A DNA stretch of 55,712 bases from a virus (lineage: Duplodnaviria; Caudoviricetes): positions 1 through 55,712 of the IMG/VR virus record IMGVR_UViG_3300040807_003706; one strand, 5' to 3'. Below the pieces are notes generated by a model. It saw nothing but the letters and a program-made list of their open reading frames with translations, made no database searches and had not been told where the DNA came from. Below, piece after piece: positions 44,888 through 52,019 of this stretch; within the stretch, counting starts at the first letter, position 1; every line of letters starts with the position of its first letter. The translations under genes and the position numbers were made by a program.

Positions 44888-46003
44888 TCAAATGCGAGAG
44901 AAGGCGAAGGAGCCGCCACCAGCCATGGGAGCGAAGGTGCCAGAGCCAGGAGCGAGAGCGAAGCGAGAGGCCGCCGAAGGATCGGCTCCTCTCGATCGCT
45001 TGAGGCGAAGGAGAACAGCGAGGCCAGAGAAGCCAGGAGCGGGAGACGGATCGAGCATCCTGAGATCGTTTGCATCTCCATCGACGCACTGGAGGAGCGC
45101 CTCTCTCCCTCGATCATCGCGGAGGAGGAGGGAGCGCGGGAGCTCCTCTCCCTTGCCGATCAGCACGGGCACTGCCAGAGAGAAGCCTGCCTCGATGGCA
45201 TCGAGAGCGCGAGAGGCTCCTCCCTCACGATCAGCAGCGAGGGATGCCGTGGTGTGGATCCCTGCCTCTCTCATGGCCAGGAGGCCAGAGCGGCCGTAGA
45301 GGGGAGCCTTCGCGTAGTCGTACAGCTCGAGGAAGGGTACAGAGGCGAGCGCCTCGGGGATGGTGCGGATGCCGCAATCTATGGGAGCGCCGAACAGAGC
45401 CGAGAGGCTCGCGGCCTCTGCAGGAGAGAGGCGAACAGAGAGCCAGGCCTCAGTCCATGGGAGCTCTTGAGTGCCGTTAAGGCGAAGCGCGAAGGGGAGG
45501 CCGAGGCGCCGAGCCTTGCGATAGGAGAGGCCAGCCGCCCATAGGACGGAGAGAACGAAGGCCTCACGATCCGCGAGGAGCGCGAGAGCGCGGCGAGCAC
45601 GACACGCGGGGATTGCTGGGCTCATGCCTCCGTGCCCACTGTATGCGAGACAAAGCTCCTGACAGGCCTCCGAGGCAAAGGGGCAAGCATTAAAGAGGAG
45701 AGCTCGAGCGGTGAGGCCTTCTCTGTCTGCCAGAGCACGGATGCCTGGGAGCTCTCCCCTCACGGGAGAGGCATGAGAGCCAGGGGAGACGGCTCGAGCG
45801 AGAGCGCGAGCAGGGGGGAGATGGAGTATGGCAGAGAAGGCGAGACCGCTCCCCTTCGCGAGCTTCGCATTAGCAGAGCCTGAGGTGAGAACAGAATCCA
45901 CAGAGAGGCCAAACCTAGCGAGGAGGGAGCGGACACGCTCAGGAGCGCGAGGAGCGCGAGAGAGGCGAGCGGGAGCGGGGGGAGCCAGGAGAGCGGGAGC
46001 CAT
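44888..46003 (-). CDS. GP88-family protein (Cys-cluster, radical-SAM-like)
   Basis: NAKLAKG, CPFASEACQELCL (CX5CX3C), LRLNGTQE.PW, YDYAK, VDGD.NDLR.LD motifs. Confidence 0.75.
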   Translation of the reverse strand: MAPALLAPPAPARLSRAPRAPERVRSLLARFGLSVDSVLTSGSANAKLAKGSGLAFSAILHLPPARALARAVSPGSHASPVRGELPGIRALADREGLTARALLFNACPFASEACQELCLAYSGHGGMSPAIPACRARRALALLADREAFVLSVLWAAGLSYRKARRLGLPFALRLNGTQELPWTEAWLSVRLSPAEAASLSALFGAPIDCGIRTIPEALASVPFLELYDYAKAPLYGRSGLLAMREAGIHTTASLAADREGGASRALDAIEAGFSLAVPVLIGKGEELPRSLLLRDDRGREALLQCVDGDANDLRMLDPSPAPGFSGLAVLLRLKRSRGADPSAASRFALAPGSGTFAPMAGGGSFAFSRI

Positions 46004-46064
46004 GAGATCAGCAGAGAAGGAGGGGAGGGGGAGGCCTCCTCGCGGAGGCCATGAGAGGGAGAGC

Positions 46065-46283
46065 TCAGGAGAGCAGCAGAGAGGCAGAGGCGAGAGGGAG
46101 CCAGAGGAGAAAGGCCTCGAGCTCTGGCAGGCTCTGGCTCTCGTGAGCGATCGAGGGGGAGGCCGTCTCGATCAGCAGGTAAGAGCCACGATCGAAGGCG
46201 AGGCGAAGGCCTCGCGAGAGCGCGAGGAGGGAGAGCAGAGGCGCGGCCTCAGAGGCGCGATCGATAGAAGGGGAGGAGAGCAT
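46065..46283 (-). CDS. Early-region hypothetical protein (72 aa)
   Basis: ATG 46283 with CT-rich leader (MLSSPSIDRASEAAPLL...), inside track ORF 46065..46676. Confidence 0.55.
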   Translation of the reverse strand: MLSSPSIDRASEAAPLLSLLALSRGLRLAFDRGSYLLIETASPSIAHESQSLPELEAFLLWLPLASASLLLS

Positions 46284-46342
46284 GAGAGGAGCGAGGCGAA
46301 CAGAGAGAAGGCCTCCCCCCATGGGAGGGGGAGGCCAGGAGC

Positions 46343-46582
46343 TCAGGAGCGAGCGGAGCGCGAGAGCTTCTCTGCAGCATCGCAGGAGGCAGCAGCAGCG
46401 AGAGCCACAGAGGCAGCAGCAGCGGAGGCGAACAGAGCGAAGGGAGCGGCGAAGGGAGCAGCGGCTCGAGCGGAGGGAGCTAGAGCGATGCGGTTGCCGT
46501 AGGAGGAGGCACAGAGGCCGAAAGCTACAGAGCCCGCGAACAGAGCGAGCGTAGGAGCGAGAGCGCGAACAGAGCGGAGCAT
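46343..46582 (-). CDS. Early-region Ala-rich hydrophobic (membrane) protein
   Basis: CTCTGTTCTC-ATG leader; two hydrophobic stretches. Confidence 0.55.
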   Translation of the reverse strand: MLRSVRALAPTLALFAGSVAFGLCASSYGNRIALAPSARAAAPFAAPFALFASAAAASVALAAAASCDAAEKLSRSARS

Positions 46583-46639
46583 GAGAACAGAGAGCGAGAG
46601 GGAAGGAGAGCGGGAGGCCTCGCGGCCTCCCTTGAGAGA

Positions 46640-46756
46640 TCAGAGAAGGGAGGAGCGGAGCCCTTGCCAGAGGCAAATAACGGCAGAGGAGTCGTAACGA
46701 CCGCCAGAGCCCTGAGCGTTAACGATGATCAGAGCGGAGATAAAGTCGAGAGCCAT
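46640..46756 (-). CDS. Early-region peptide (38 aa)
   Basis: Manual translation MALDFISALIIVNAQGSGGRYDSSAVICLWQGLRSSLL; first gene after promoter module 2, same leader. Confidence 0.55.
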   Translation of the reverse strand: MALDFISALIIVNAQGSGGRYDSSAVICLWQGLRSSLL

Positions 46757-46777
46757 GAGAACAGAGAGCGAAGGAGC

Positions 46778-46866
46778 GAGGCGATCTCTCGCCTCATGCA
46801 CGCAATGGTAAGGCCTCGAGAGGGGGAGGCCAGAGCCTCCCCTCTCCTTTTGAAATATTTCGTAAC
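46778..46866 (-). promoter_or_regulatory. Early promoter module 2
   Basis: Minus strand GTTACGAA-AT-ATTTCAAA (46849-46866), TACCAT (46805-46810), GAGGCGAGAGATCGCCTC (46778-46795). Confidence 0.6.
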
Positions 46867-46875
46867 AATCCGCGA

Positions 46876-47043
46876 TCAGAGATCAGCAGAGGAGAGCTCC
46901 TCGAGATCAGAGAGAAAGGCCTCGATCGTGGCAGACGGCAGCCACCTAGCGAGCTCCTCGAGGAGGAGAGGGAGGCCAGAGGAGGCGAGGCCGAGCTCCT
47001 CGGCGCGATCGAGGAGCCGAGCCCGCAGGTAGGAGGGGAGCAT
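46876..47043 (-). CDS. Early-region acidic peptide (55 aa)
   Basis: Manual translation MLPSYLRARLLDRAEELGLASSGLPLLLEELARWLPSATIEAFLSDLEELSSADL. Confidence 0.6.
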   Translation of the reverse strand: MLPSYLRARLLDRAEELGLASSGLPLLLEELARWLPSATIEAFLSDLEELSSADL

Positions 47044-47054
47044 GAGAGGGAGCC

Positions 47055-47339
47055 TCAGGAGGAGAGATCAGCAGCAGAGAAGGAGAGCGGGAGCTCGATC
47101 GCCAGAGGGAGGCCATGGCGAAGGCGAAGGAGGGAGCGCCTCTCCCGTAGGAGGCGCTCCTCGGCCTCGCCAGAGAGGCGAGGGAGGAGGCGCTCGATCG
47201 TGGCGAGGCGCCTCTCGAGGAGGGAGAGCTCCTCGCGAGGAGGGAGCGCGAGAATAGCCTCGAGCTCAGAGGGGGAGAGCTCGCGGCCTTCGCTCTCTAC
47301 GGCAGAGCAGAGCGAGGCAAGCTCAGAGGGGGAGAGCAT
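47055..47339 (-). CDS. Early-region L/E/R-rich helical protein
   Basis: ORF track 94 aa, tight spacing with neighbours. Confidence 0.6.
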   Translation of the reverse strand: MLSPSELASLCSAVESEGRELSPSELEAILALPPREELSLLERRLATIERLLPRLSGEAEERLLRERRSLLRLRHGLPLAIELPLSFSAADLSS

Positions 47340-47348
47340 GGCAGAGCC

Positions 47349-47546
47349 TCAGGAGACGGGAGAGAACAGGAGGGAGAGAAGCTCCTCGAGCGCCTCCTCG
47401 GCCTCGGCTCGAGCGGTAGGAGAGAGCGAAGGGGAGGCGAGCTCCTCCTCAAGCTCGCGAGCGAACAGAGCGGCCTCACGGCGAGAGGAGAAAGAGAACC
47501 GAGGCCATGAGAGATCAGAGGCGCTGATCTCATGAGTGGGAGCCAT
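47349..47546 (-). CDS. Early-region acidic protein
   Basis: Start MAPTHEISASDLSW at 47546 after a CTCTGTT repeat leader. Confidence 0.55.
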   Translation of the reverse strand: MAPTHEISASDLSWPRFSFSSRREAALFARELEEELASPSLSPTARAEAEEALEELLSLLFSPVS

Positions 47547-47613
47547 GGGAGCCAGAACAGAGAACAGAGAACAGAGAGAGGGGAGGCCTCGCGGCCTCCT
47601 GCAGGGCATAGCC

Positions 47614-47988
47614 TCAGATGAGGCCGAGGCGAGAGGCGCGGCGAAGGAGAGCGGAGCGGGAGGCCTTCGCCAGAGAGGAGGAGCTCTCGCCTGCCTCGAT
47701 CAGCGCGGCGACCAGCAGAGCGCGAGGGGAGGCAGAGGAGAGAGGCTCAGGCAGAGCAGAGGCGAGGCGCTCGAGCCAGGAGGCCAGAGCGCGAAGGGAG
47801 GGAGCGAGACGGCCTCGAGCCTGCCAGAGGCGAGCGGCGAGAGCATGGCAGAGAGCCACAGAGAACAGGAGCGCCTCGAGAGCCTGAGCGGCGATCGTCT
47901 CCCATGGGAGAGAGGAGAGCGCCTCGATCAGATCAGAGAGAGGAGGGAAGGAGGGAGAGGCGGAGCCTCTGAGAGAGGGAGCGAGCAT
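47614..47988 (-). CDS. First early-region protein (L/A/S-rich)
   Basis: Start MLAPSLRG at 47988 after the CTCTGTTCTC leader and promoter module 3. Confidence 0.55.
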   Translation of the reverse strand: MLAPSLRGSASPSFPPLSDLIEALSSLPWETIAAQALEALLFSVALCHALAARLWQARGRLAPSLRALASWLERLASALPEPLSSASPRALLVAALIEAGESSSSLAKASRSALLRRASRLGLI

Positions 47989-48011
47989 GAGAACAGAGAG
48001 CAGAGAACAGA

Positions 48012-48097
48012 GAGGCGATCTCTCGCCTCGATCGAGACAATACAGAGAAGGAGAGCGAGCGGGAGGCCTCTCCTCGCGGATTGTCACATCTCTTAAC
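48012..48097 (-). promoter_or_regulatory. Early promoter module 3
   Basis: Minus strand GTTAAGAG-AT-GTGACAAT (48080-48097), TATTGT (48037-48042), GAGGCGAGAGATCGCCTC (48012-48029). Confidence 0.6.
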
Positions 48098-48107
48098 GTA
48101 TGCGGCC

Positions 48108-48306
48108 ATGCGCATAGGCGCATAGCCTCTCAGGCTCTCTTGTTGCAACTGATTCTCAATTGCGACTAGGCCCATGCGGGTATGCGCATAGGCGCATAGG
48201 CGCATAGGCGCATAATGGTGCAAACGTACTATGCGTGCTGGCGCATAGGCGCATAGGCGCATAATGGTGCAGGTGTACTATGCCGGTATGCGCATAGGCG
48301 CATAGT
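48108..48306. repeat. Tandem GCGCATAG octamer repeats
   Basis: Runs of GCGCATAG at about 48110, 48184, 48241 and 48290, interspersed with GGTGCA-N3-GTACT. Confidence 0.85.
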
Positions 48307-48330
48307 GGTGCAGGTGTACTACTGCTTATT

Positions 48331-48349
48331 GAGAATGATTCTCATTATC
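48331..48349. promoter_or_regulatory. Fur box
   Basis: Reverse complement GATAATGAGAATCATTCTC, 17/19 to the classical Fur consensus. Confidence 0.6.
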
Positions 48350-48358
48350 AAAAAAAGT

Positions 48359-48412
48359 AGTACAAATGTACTATCGGTAGTACAAATGTACTATCGGTAG
48401 TACAAGCGTACC
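48359..48412. promoter_or_regulatory. Three tandem cyanobacterial LexA boxes (20-bp period)
   Basis: AGTACAAATGTACT at 48359 and 48379 (exact AGTACWNWTGTACT), AGTACAAGCGTACC at 48399. Confidence 0.7.
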
Positions 48413-48569
48413 AGCGGCGGCGCCGAAAACGCCTTTTTTTAAGCGCTTCTACTTTACCGCGTTTTAGAAAGTCCCTTACCATTTTTCAGCGGGTCTCTTT
48501 ACCGCTTTTTGGCGAGTCCCAGGCACAGCCAAGCCCAGGCTGCAAGAGAAATCAAAAGAAGGAGAAAAA

Positions 48570-48728
48570 TCACCAGCCATGACCATCAAAGGCTGCCTTG
48601 ATGGCAGCCTCTTCATCAGAAAAAGGGCCGCCAATGATTGAATCATCATCATCGGCATAAAAATACCAACCTTCGACGAGTTCAGTGCCTTTGCAGGCAG
48701 ATTCCGAGAAAAAGTCAATGAGAATCAT
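48570..48728 (-). CDS. Small acidic hypothetical protein (52 aa)
   Basis: Manual translation MILIDFFSESACKGTELVEGWYFYADDDDSIIGGPFSDEEAAIKAAFDGHGW; GWYF..GPF..EE.A pattern; starts 2 nt after the upstream stop. Confidence 0.7.
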   Translation of the reverse strand: MILIDFFSESACKGTELVEGWYFYADDDDSIIGGPFSDEEAAIKAAFDGHGW

Positions 48729-48730
48729 CT

Positions 48731-49036
48731 TCAAGGTCTCTTAAATCGGCGTAAGTTGTTTTTCCAACTAAGTTCGCTCATTTCACCAGGGCGATAGAGG
48801 GAATAGGCAGGTTTGCCTAAAACCATCCCGCCTTCACCATCGTCAATGGGCTCAGCTTCATCGAGCCACATGCCAAGGCATTCAGAATCGTCGTTAAACA
48901 CGGCGACAGCCTGATCGCCATCCTCCATGCACACGCGAATGTGCATCAGCAGCTCCTTGAGGGAAGCTGCTTGATATTGTCCTTGAGTGGGGCTGAAATA
49001 GGGACCGTTGCTGGAGTAGTTACAGATGAAACGCAT
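48731..49036 (-). CDS. Hypothetical protein
   Basis: ORF track 101 aa. Confidence 0.65.
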   Translation of the reverse strand: MRFICNYSSNGPYFSPTQGQYQAASLKELLMHIRVCMEDGDQAVAVFNDDSECLGMWLDEAEPIDDGEGGMVLGKPAYSLYRPGEMSELSWKNNLRRFKRP

Positions 49037-49102
49037 GATTTAGAGGCGATGGGGACAGTATATATAGCCGATATATATATATCCGCGTATATATATGCCT
49101 TT

Positions 49103-49381
49103 CTACATTTGATCGCAGATGCCCATGAGCACTGAGCCCACGTAATGCTGGCTCTTTCTGAGCTGATCTAAAGCTTCGGCCCGCTCATGGCGGGCCTTAT
49201 CAAAGGCGCATTGATCTTGCACGTAGAAATCACGAGCATTGCATGTGGTGTTGACAAAAGCTTCAATGGCTTTGTTCAATGCCTCGTAGGCGTGTGCATA
49301 TTCCTCGCGAAGCGTGGTGGCGCCAGTGCCGTTGAGGTGGACAGAGGGAACGGTGAAACCGTGAACGGTGCGGAGGCTCAT
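49103..49381 (-). CDS. Hypothetical protein
   Basis: P.VHLNGT...L...Y...NARDFYVQ motif; start ATG 49381. Confidence 0.65.
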   Translation of the reverse strand: MSLRTVHGFTVPSVHLNGTGATTLREEYAHAYEALNKAIEAFVNTTCNARDFYVQDQCAFDKARHERAEALDQLRKSQHYVGSVLMGICDQM

Positions 49382-49383
49382 GA

Positions 49384-49623
49384 TCAGGCGTGGATGATGT
49401 TGTAGAAATACTGCTCGGCTTGCCACTTGTGGTCAAAGATGCCGTAGCTGGTGTAATGGAGCTGCAGCTCAGTGATGCGCTCCCAACCATAGGCTTCCCA
49501 CTTGCGGGAGCCATCTGCGCAAAGGTATTGACGAATGTCGTAGCCAGAGTGTTGTGCTTGGCGATCGGCTTCAAGCTTGGCCAGGTAGGGCGATTCCTTG
49601 TGGCCTTCGTAAGGGCGATGCAT
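49384..49623 (-). CDS. Hypothetical protein
   Basis: ORF track 79 aa, tight spacing. Confidence 0.6.
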   Translation of the reverse strand: MHRPYEGHKESPYLAKLEADRQAQHSGYDIRQYLCADGSRKWEAYGWERITELQLHYTSYGIFDHKWQAEQYFYNIIHA

Positions 49624-49682
49624 GGTTTCCTCGGTTCAGTGGGCGGTCTCCTGCCCATGCCGAGAAGTTTACAGCACGATGG

Positions 49683-49895
49683 TCAGGAGTGCAAGCTTTC
49701 TACGCGATAGGGGCCAAGGCGGCCAACACGCAGCGCCTTCTCCCGAACAAACTGTTGGCTATTGGTCTTGGTGTTACGAATTTTGTAAAGACCTCGATCG
49801 TCTTCAGGCGTTTTGATGACGGTGTATTCACCCTTCCATTGCCTCAGGCCTACGTCATAGAGGTCGACGATGGCACCCACAGAAAATTTAGGCAT
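49683..49895 (-). CDS. Small SH3-like hypothetical protein
   Basis: KFSVGAIV...Y.I....QFV.E..L pattern. Confidence 0.6.
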   Translation of the reverse strand: MPKFSVGAIVDLYDVGLRQWKGEYTVIKTPEDDRGLYKIRNTKTNSQQFVREKALRVGRLGPYRVESLHS

Positions 49896-50016
49896 GATCT
49901 ATGGTGGTGGCGCCCATTGATTTCTTCATGGGGCGTTACTGGCGATGGAGCGTCATTAAGACCAGGCCTCGTGAAGCCTGGTCCAACTCTGACGGGGCCG
50001 CTCCTGAATAGCGGCT

Positions 50017-50199
50017 TCAGTCCTCATTTGCTATTTCGCTGATTTGCTTGTTGCACCATTCAGCAAAAGCACCTTCGATGGTGGCCATCGTGCGATTGTC
50101 CAGCTTTTCTGGGTAACGGATGAGGCCAATGGCCAAGCCCAGTGCGTCACCGAGCTTGTTTTCCAGGGGATTCAATGCAGGGAAATAAGGATCGTTCAT
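50017..50199 (-). CDS. Hypothetical protein
   Basis: Start MNDPYFP, ATGA-coupled. Confidence 0.55.
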   Translation of the reverse strand: MNDPYFPALNPLENKLGDALGLAIGLIRYPEKLDNRTMATIEGAFAEWCNKQISEIANED

Positions 50200-50591
50200 G
50201 AGCCGATGTTGAGTTGCATGTGAGCTGCAAGAATGTGCTTGCAGCAAGGCTCTTGACCACGCTCCATCATGAAATGGGCATCAGTGCAGGTGCAGCTCCA
50301 CTTGCCTTCAATGCCTTTGGCGTAGGCGCCAGTGCGGATGACGGTGTGGGCATCAGTGTTGGTGGTGGGATCAAGCACCAACCACACATTGTTGGCGATA
50401 TATCGGGCATGGCACCCGCGTGCCTTGTGGGCACGCTGCTTGGCTTCCCAAGCGTCAAACACCTTGCGGCTCATGAAACGAGGGCCACGCTCAGTGCGAA
50501 TGACCACGCAATGCTGAAGCACGTTTAGAACGGTGATTCCCAGGGCGTTCTGGGCCTTCTTGCTCACCTTGAAATGAGAAGCAGTAGTCAT
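50196..50591 (-). CDS. SWIM zinc-finger protein
   Basis: WSCTCTD...CCKHILA (CxC...CxH). Confidence 0.75.
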   Translation of the reverse strand: MTTASHFKVSKKAQNALGITVLNVLQHCVVIRTERGPRFMSRKVFDAWEAKQRAHKARGCHARYIANNVWLVLDPTTNTDAHTVIRTGAYAKGIEGKWSCTCTDAHFMMERGQEPCCKHILAAHMQLNIGS

Positions 50592-50641
50592 GGTTTCCAA
50601 AAGAAAGGTGCCCTCTCGGGCGTAGCGGAATGGTAGGGCGC

Positions 50642-50667
50642 AAAAAAGCCCCCGTCAAGGGGGCTTG
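50642..50667 (-). terminator. Intrinsic terminator
   Basis: AAAAAAGCCCCC-GTCAA-GGGGGCTT. Confidence 0.7.
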
Positions 50668-50713
50668 AACATTCCAGAGCCAGCGTATCAGGACGGGAGC
50701 CCGACTGCCGATG

Positions 50714-50896
50714 TCAGTCAGGCAAGAGCTCCACTGGGAAGCCATTCGCTATTCGGCAATAGCGGACGGGATGAAGCTCCTGGCATTTAGCCAGGCCTGC
50801 GTGATTGGGCTGCAACTGAGGAGCAGCAATTAAGGTGAAGACGCCCAGGCCACAGACTGTGAGCAGGATGCTAAGGGAAGCGAGGCGGTCAAGCAT
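50714..50896 (-). CDS. Small exported/membrane protein
   Basis: N-terminal hydrophobic helix, C...HP.RYC. Confidence 0.6.
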   Translation of the reverse strand: MLDRLASLSILLTVCGLGVFTLIAAPQLQPNHAGLAKCQELHPVRYCRIANGFPVELLPD

Positions 50897-50918
50897 GGTT
50901 TTAGAGGATGGGAGCTGA

Positions 50919-51275
50919 TCAGGCTTTGCTCATGCAGATGTTGGCTATGCCCTGACTAGGCGAAGCAATGCGAGAGAAACTGCCGTAGGACAGATCAAGC
51001 ACGCGCCCGCCAATGTATGGGCCGCGATCATTGATGGTCACCAGCACAGTCTTGCCATTGTCACGATTCTTTACAAGCACCCGTGAGCCCATAGGCAGCG
51101 ATGGATGGGCGGCGGTCATGCCATAGGCATCAAAGCGTTGGCCAGAGGCAGTCCGTTGCCCGTGGTAGCCATCGCCAATGCCGTAGTGGCTTGCTTGGCC
51201 GCATTGAAACGATGCTGCTTGGGCGGATGGTGCAATGGTGCCCAGCAGCAGAAGGGAGGAAAGAAAACGAAGCAT
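50919..51275 (-). CDS. rlpA: RlpA-like DPBB lytic transglycosylase
   Basis: Signal peptide; GQASHY, TASG..F, TAAH.SLP.G, INDRGP and R.LDLS motifs. Confidence 0.88.
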   Translation of the reverse strand: MLRFLSSLLLLGTIAPSAQAASFQCGQASHYGIGDGYHGQRTASGQRFDAYGMTAAHPSLPMGSRVLVKNRDNGKTVLVTINDRGPYIGGRVLDLSYGSFSRIASPSQGIANICMSKA

Positions 51276-51427
51276 TAGAAAGGGGAGGTATGTCCAGAGG
51301 CTGCAGGCAGTCGCCAGCACTGCAGTTTTACCATTGTGCCCCATTTTCACTAGTCATTGCAGGGTTTTTAAAGATTGCTGCTGATTTGGTGGATGCCATG
51401 GTGGTGGCGGGTGCTACTATTTCTGAG

Positions 51428-51647
51428 TGGTCGGTCCTGGAGGTTTAACGGCTTCCCTCGTCATTAGCGTGGCGAGCCGCAAGGGTGGACGGGTGAGACA
51501 GTACGGGAACGGTCGTTACGGCCCTTCCAAGGCACAGCATGAGCCTCAGAGGCGTACTGTCCCTTTAGTTGAGCAATGCTCCTGAAGGTAAAATTGCTCA
51601 TCGGAGGCCATAAAGAGAAAGGGGGGCAATTGCCCCCCTTTCCTTTT
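51428..51647 (+). ncRNA. Candidate structured ncRNA with its own promoter and terminator
   Basis: TGcTACTAT at 51412-51420; stems GACAGTACG/CGTACTGTC and TGAGCAAT/ATTGCTCA; terminator palindrome 51617-51642. Confidence 0.5.
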
Positions 51648-51791
51648 GGTGAAACGAAGATCTATTGAAAGACGCGCGAACGTCTTGCGAATTTGATTCG
51701 TTTGTAGTTCAATTGTATCAACCATTAAGAAAGGCGGGCTTAGAGGCCCGCCTCTTTCATGCGCGATAATGGAAGTGCAATGGAGAGGATA

Positions 51792-52019
51792 ATGAAGCTT
51801 TCATCAAAACAGGAAAAGGAACGCCTCGCGCAATGGCTGCGCCATGGCGTGGTGTACGACCCGCGCAATGAAGAAGATTACGACACTTTTGAATACGGCA
51901 CCGAGCCGCTACCAAATGATTACACCTGGGCGCAAGCTAAAGGGAAGACTGGCCGCGAAACCAGCGCTGTTTGCTTTGAAACCACTCCGCTATCGCCACA
52001 GGATCTGGCGGACGAGTGA
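51792..52019 (+). CDS. Hypothetical protein
   Basis: GGAGAGG before ATG 51792; 3' end overlaps the convergent gene. Confidence 0.45.
   Translation: MKLSSKQEKERLAQWLRHGVVYDPRNEEDYDTFEYGTEPLPNDYTWAQAKGKTGRETSAVCFETTPLSPQDLADE

Noticed and set aside
44300-48100. Eukaryotic GA-microsatellite contamination or low-complexity junk
   Set aside because: The block contains tightly packed ORFs, a motif-complete GP88 gene and promoter modules shared with the flank; a chimera is unlikely, though read support was not checked
44311-48169. Many long plus-strand R/E/G-rich ORFs in the ORF track
   Set aside because: Artefact of T depletion on the plus strand (few stop codons); promoters, leaders and the GP88 homologue all point to the minus strand
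48476-48718. 80-aa track ORF and a Fur-like sequence at ~48714-48732
   Set aside because: A better ORF (48570-48728) lies in another frame, and the Fur-like match overlaps its start codons (ATG ATT CTC ATT), so it may be coincidental
49059-49097. TA-dinucleotide runs in an intergenic gap
   Set aside because: Short, with no further structure; no function can be supported
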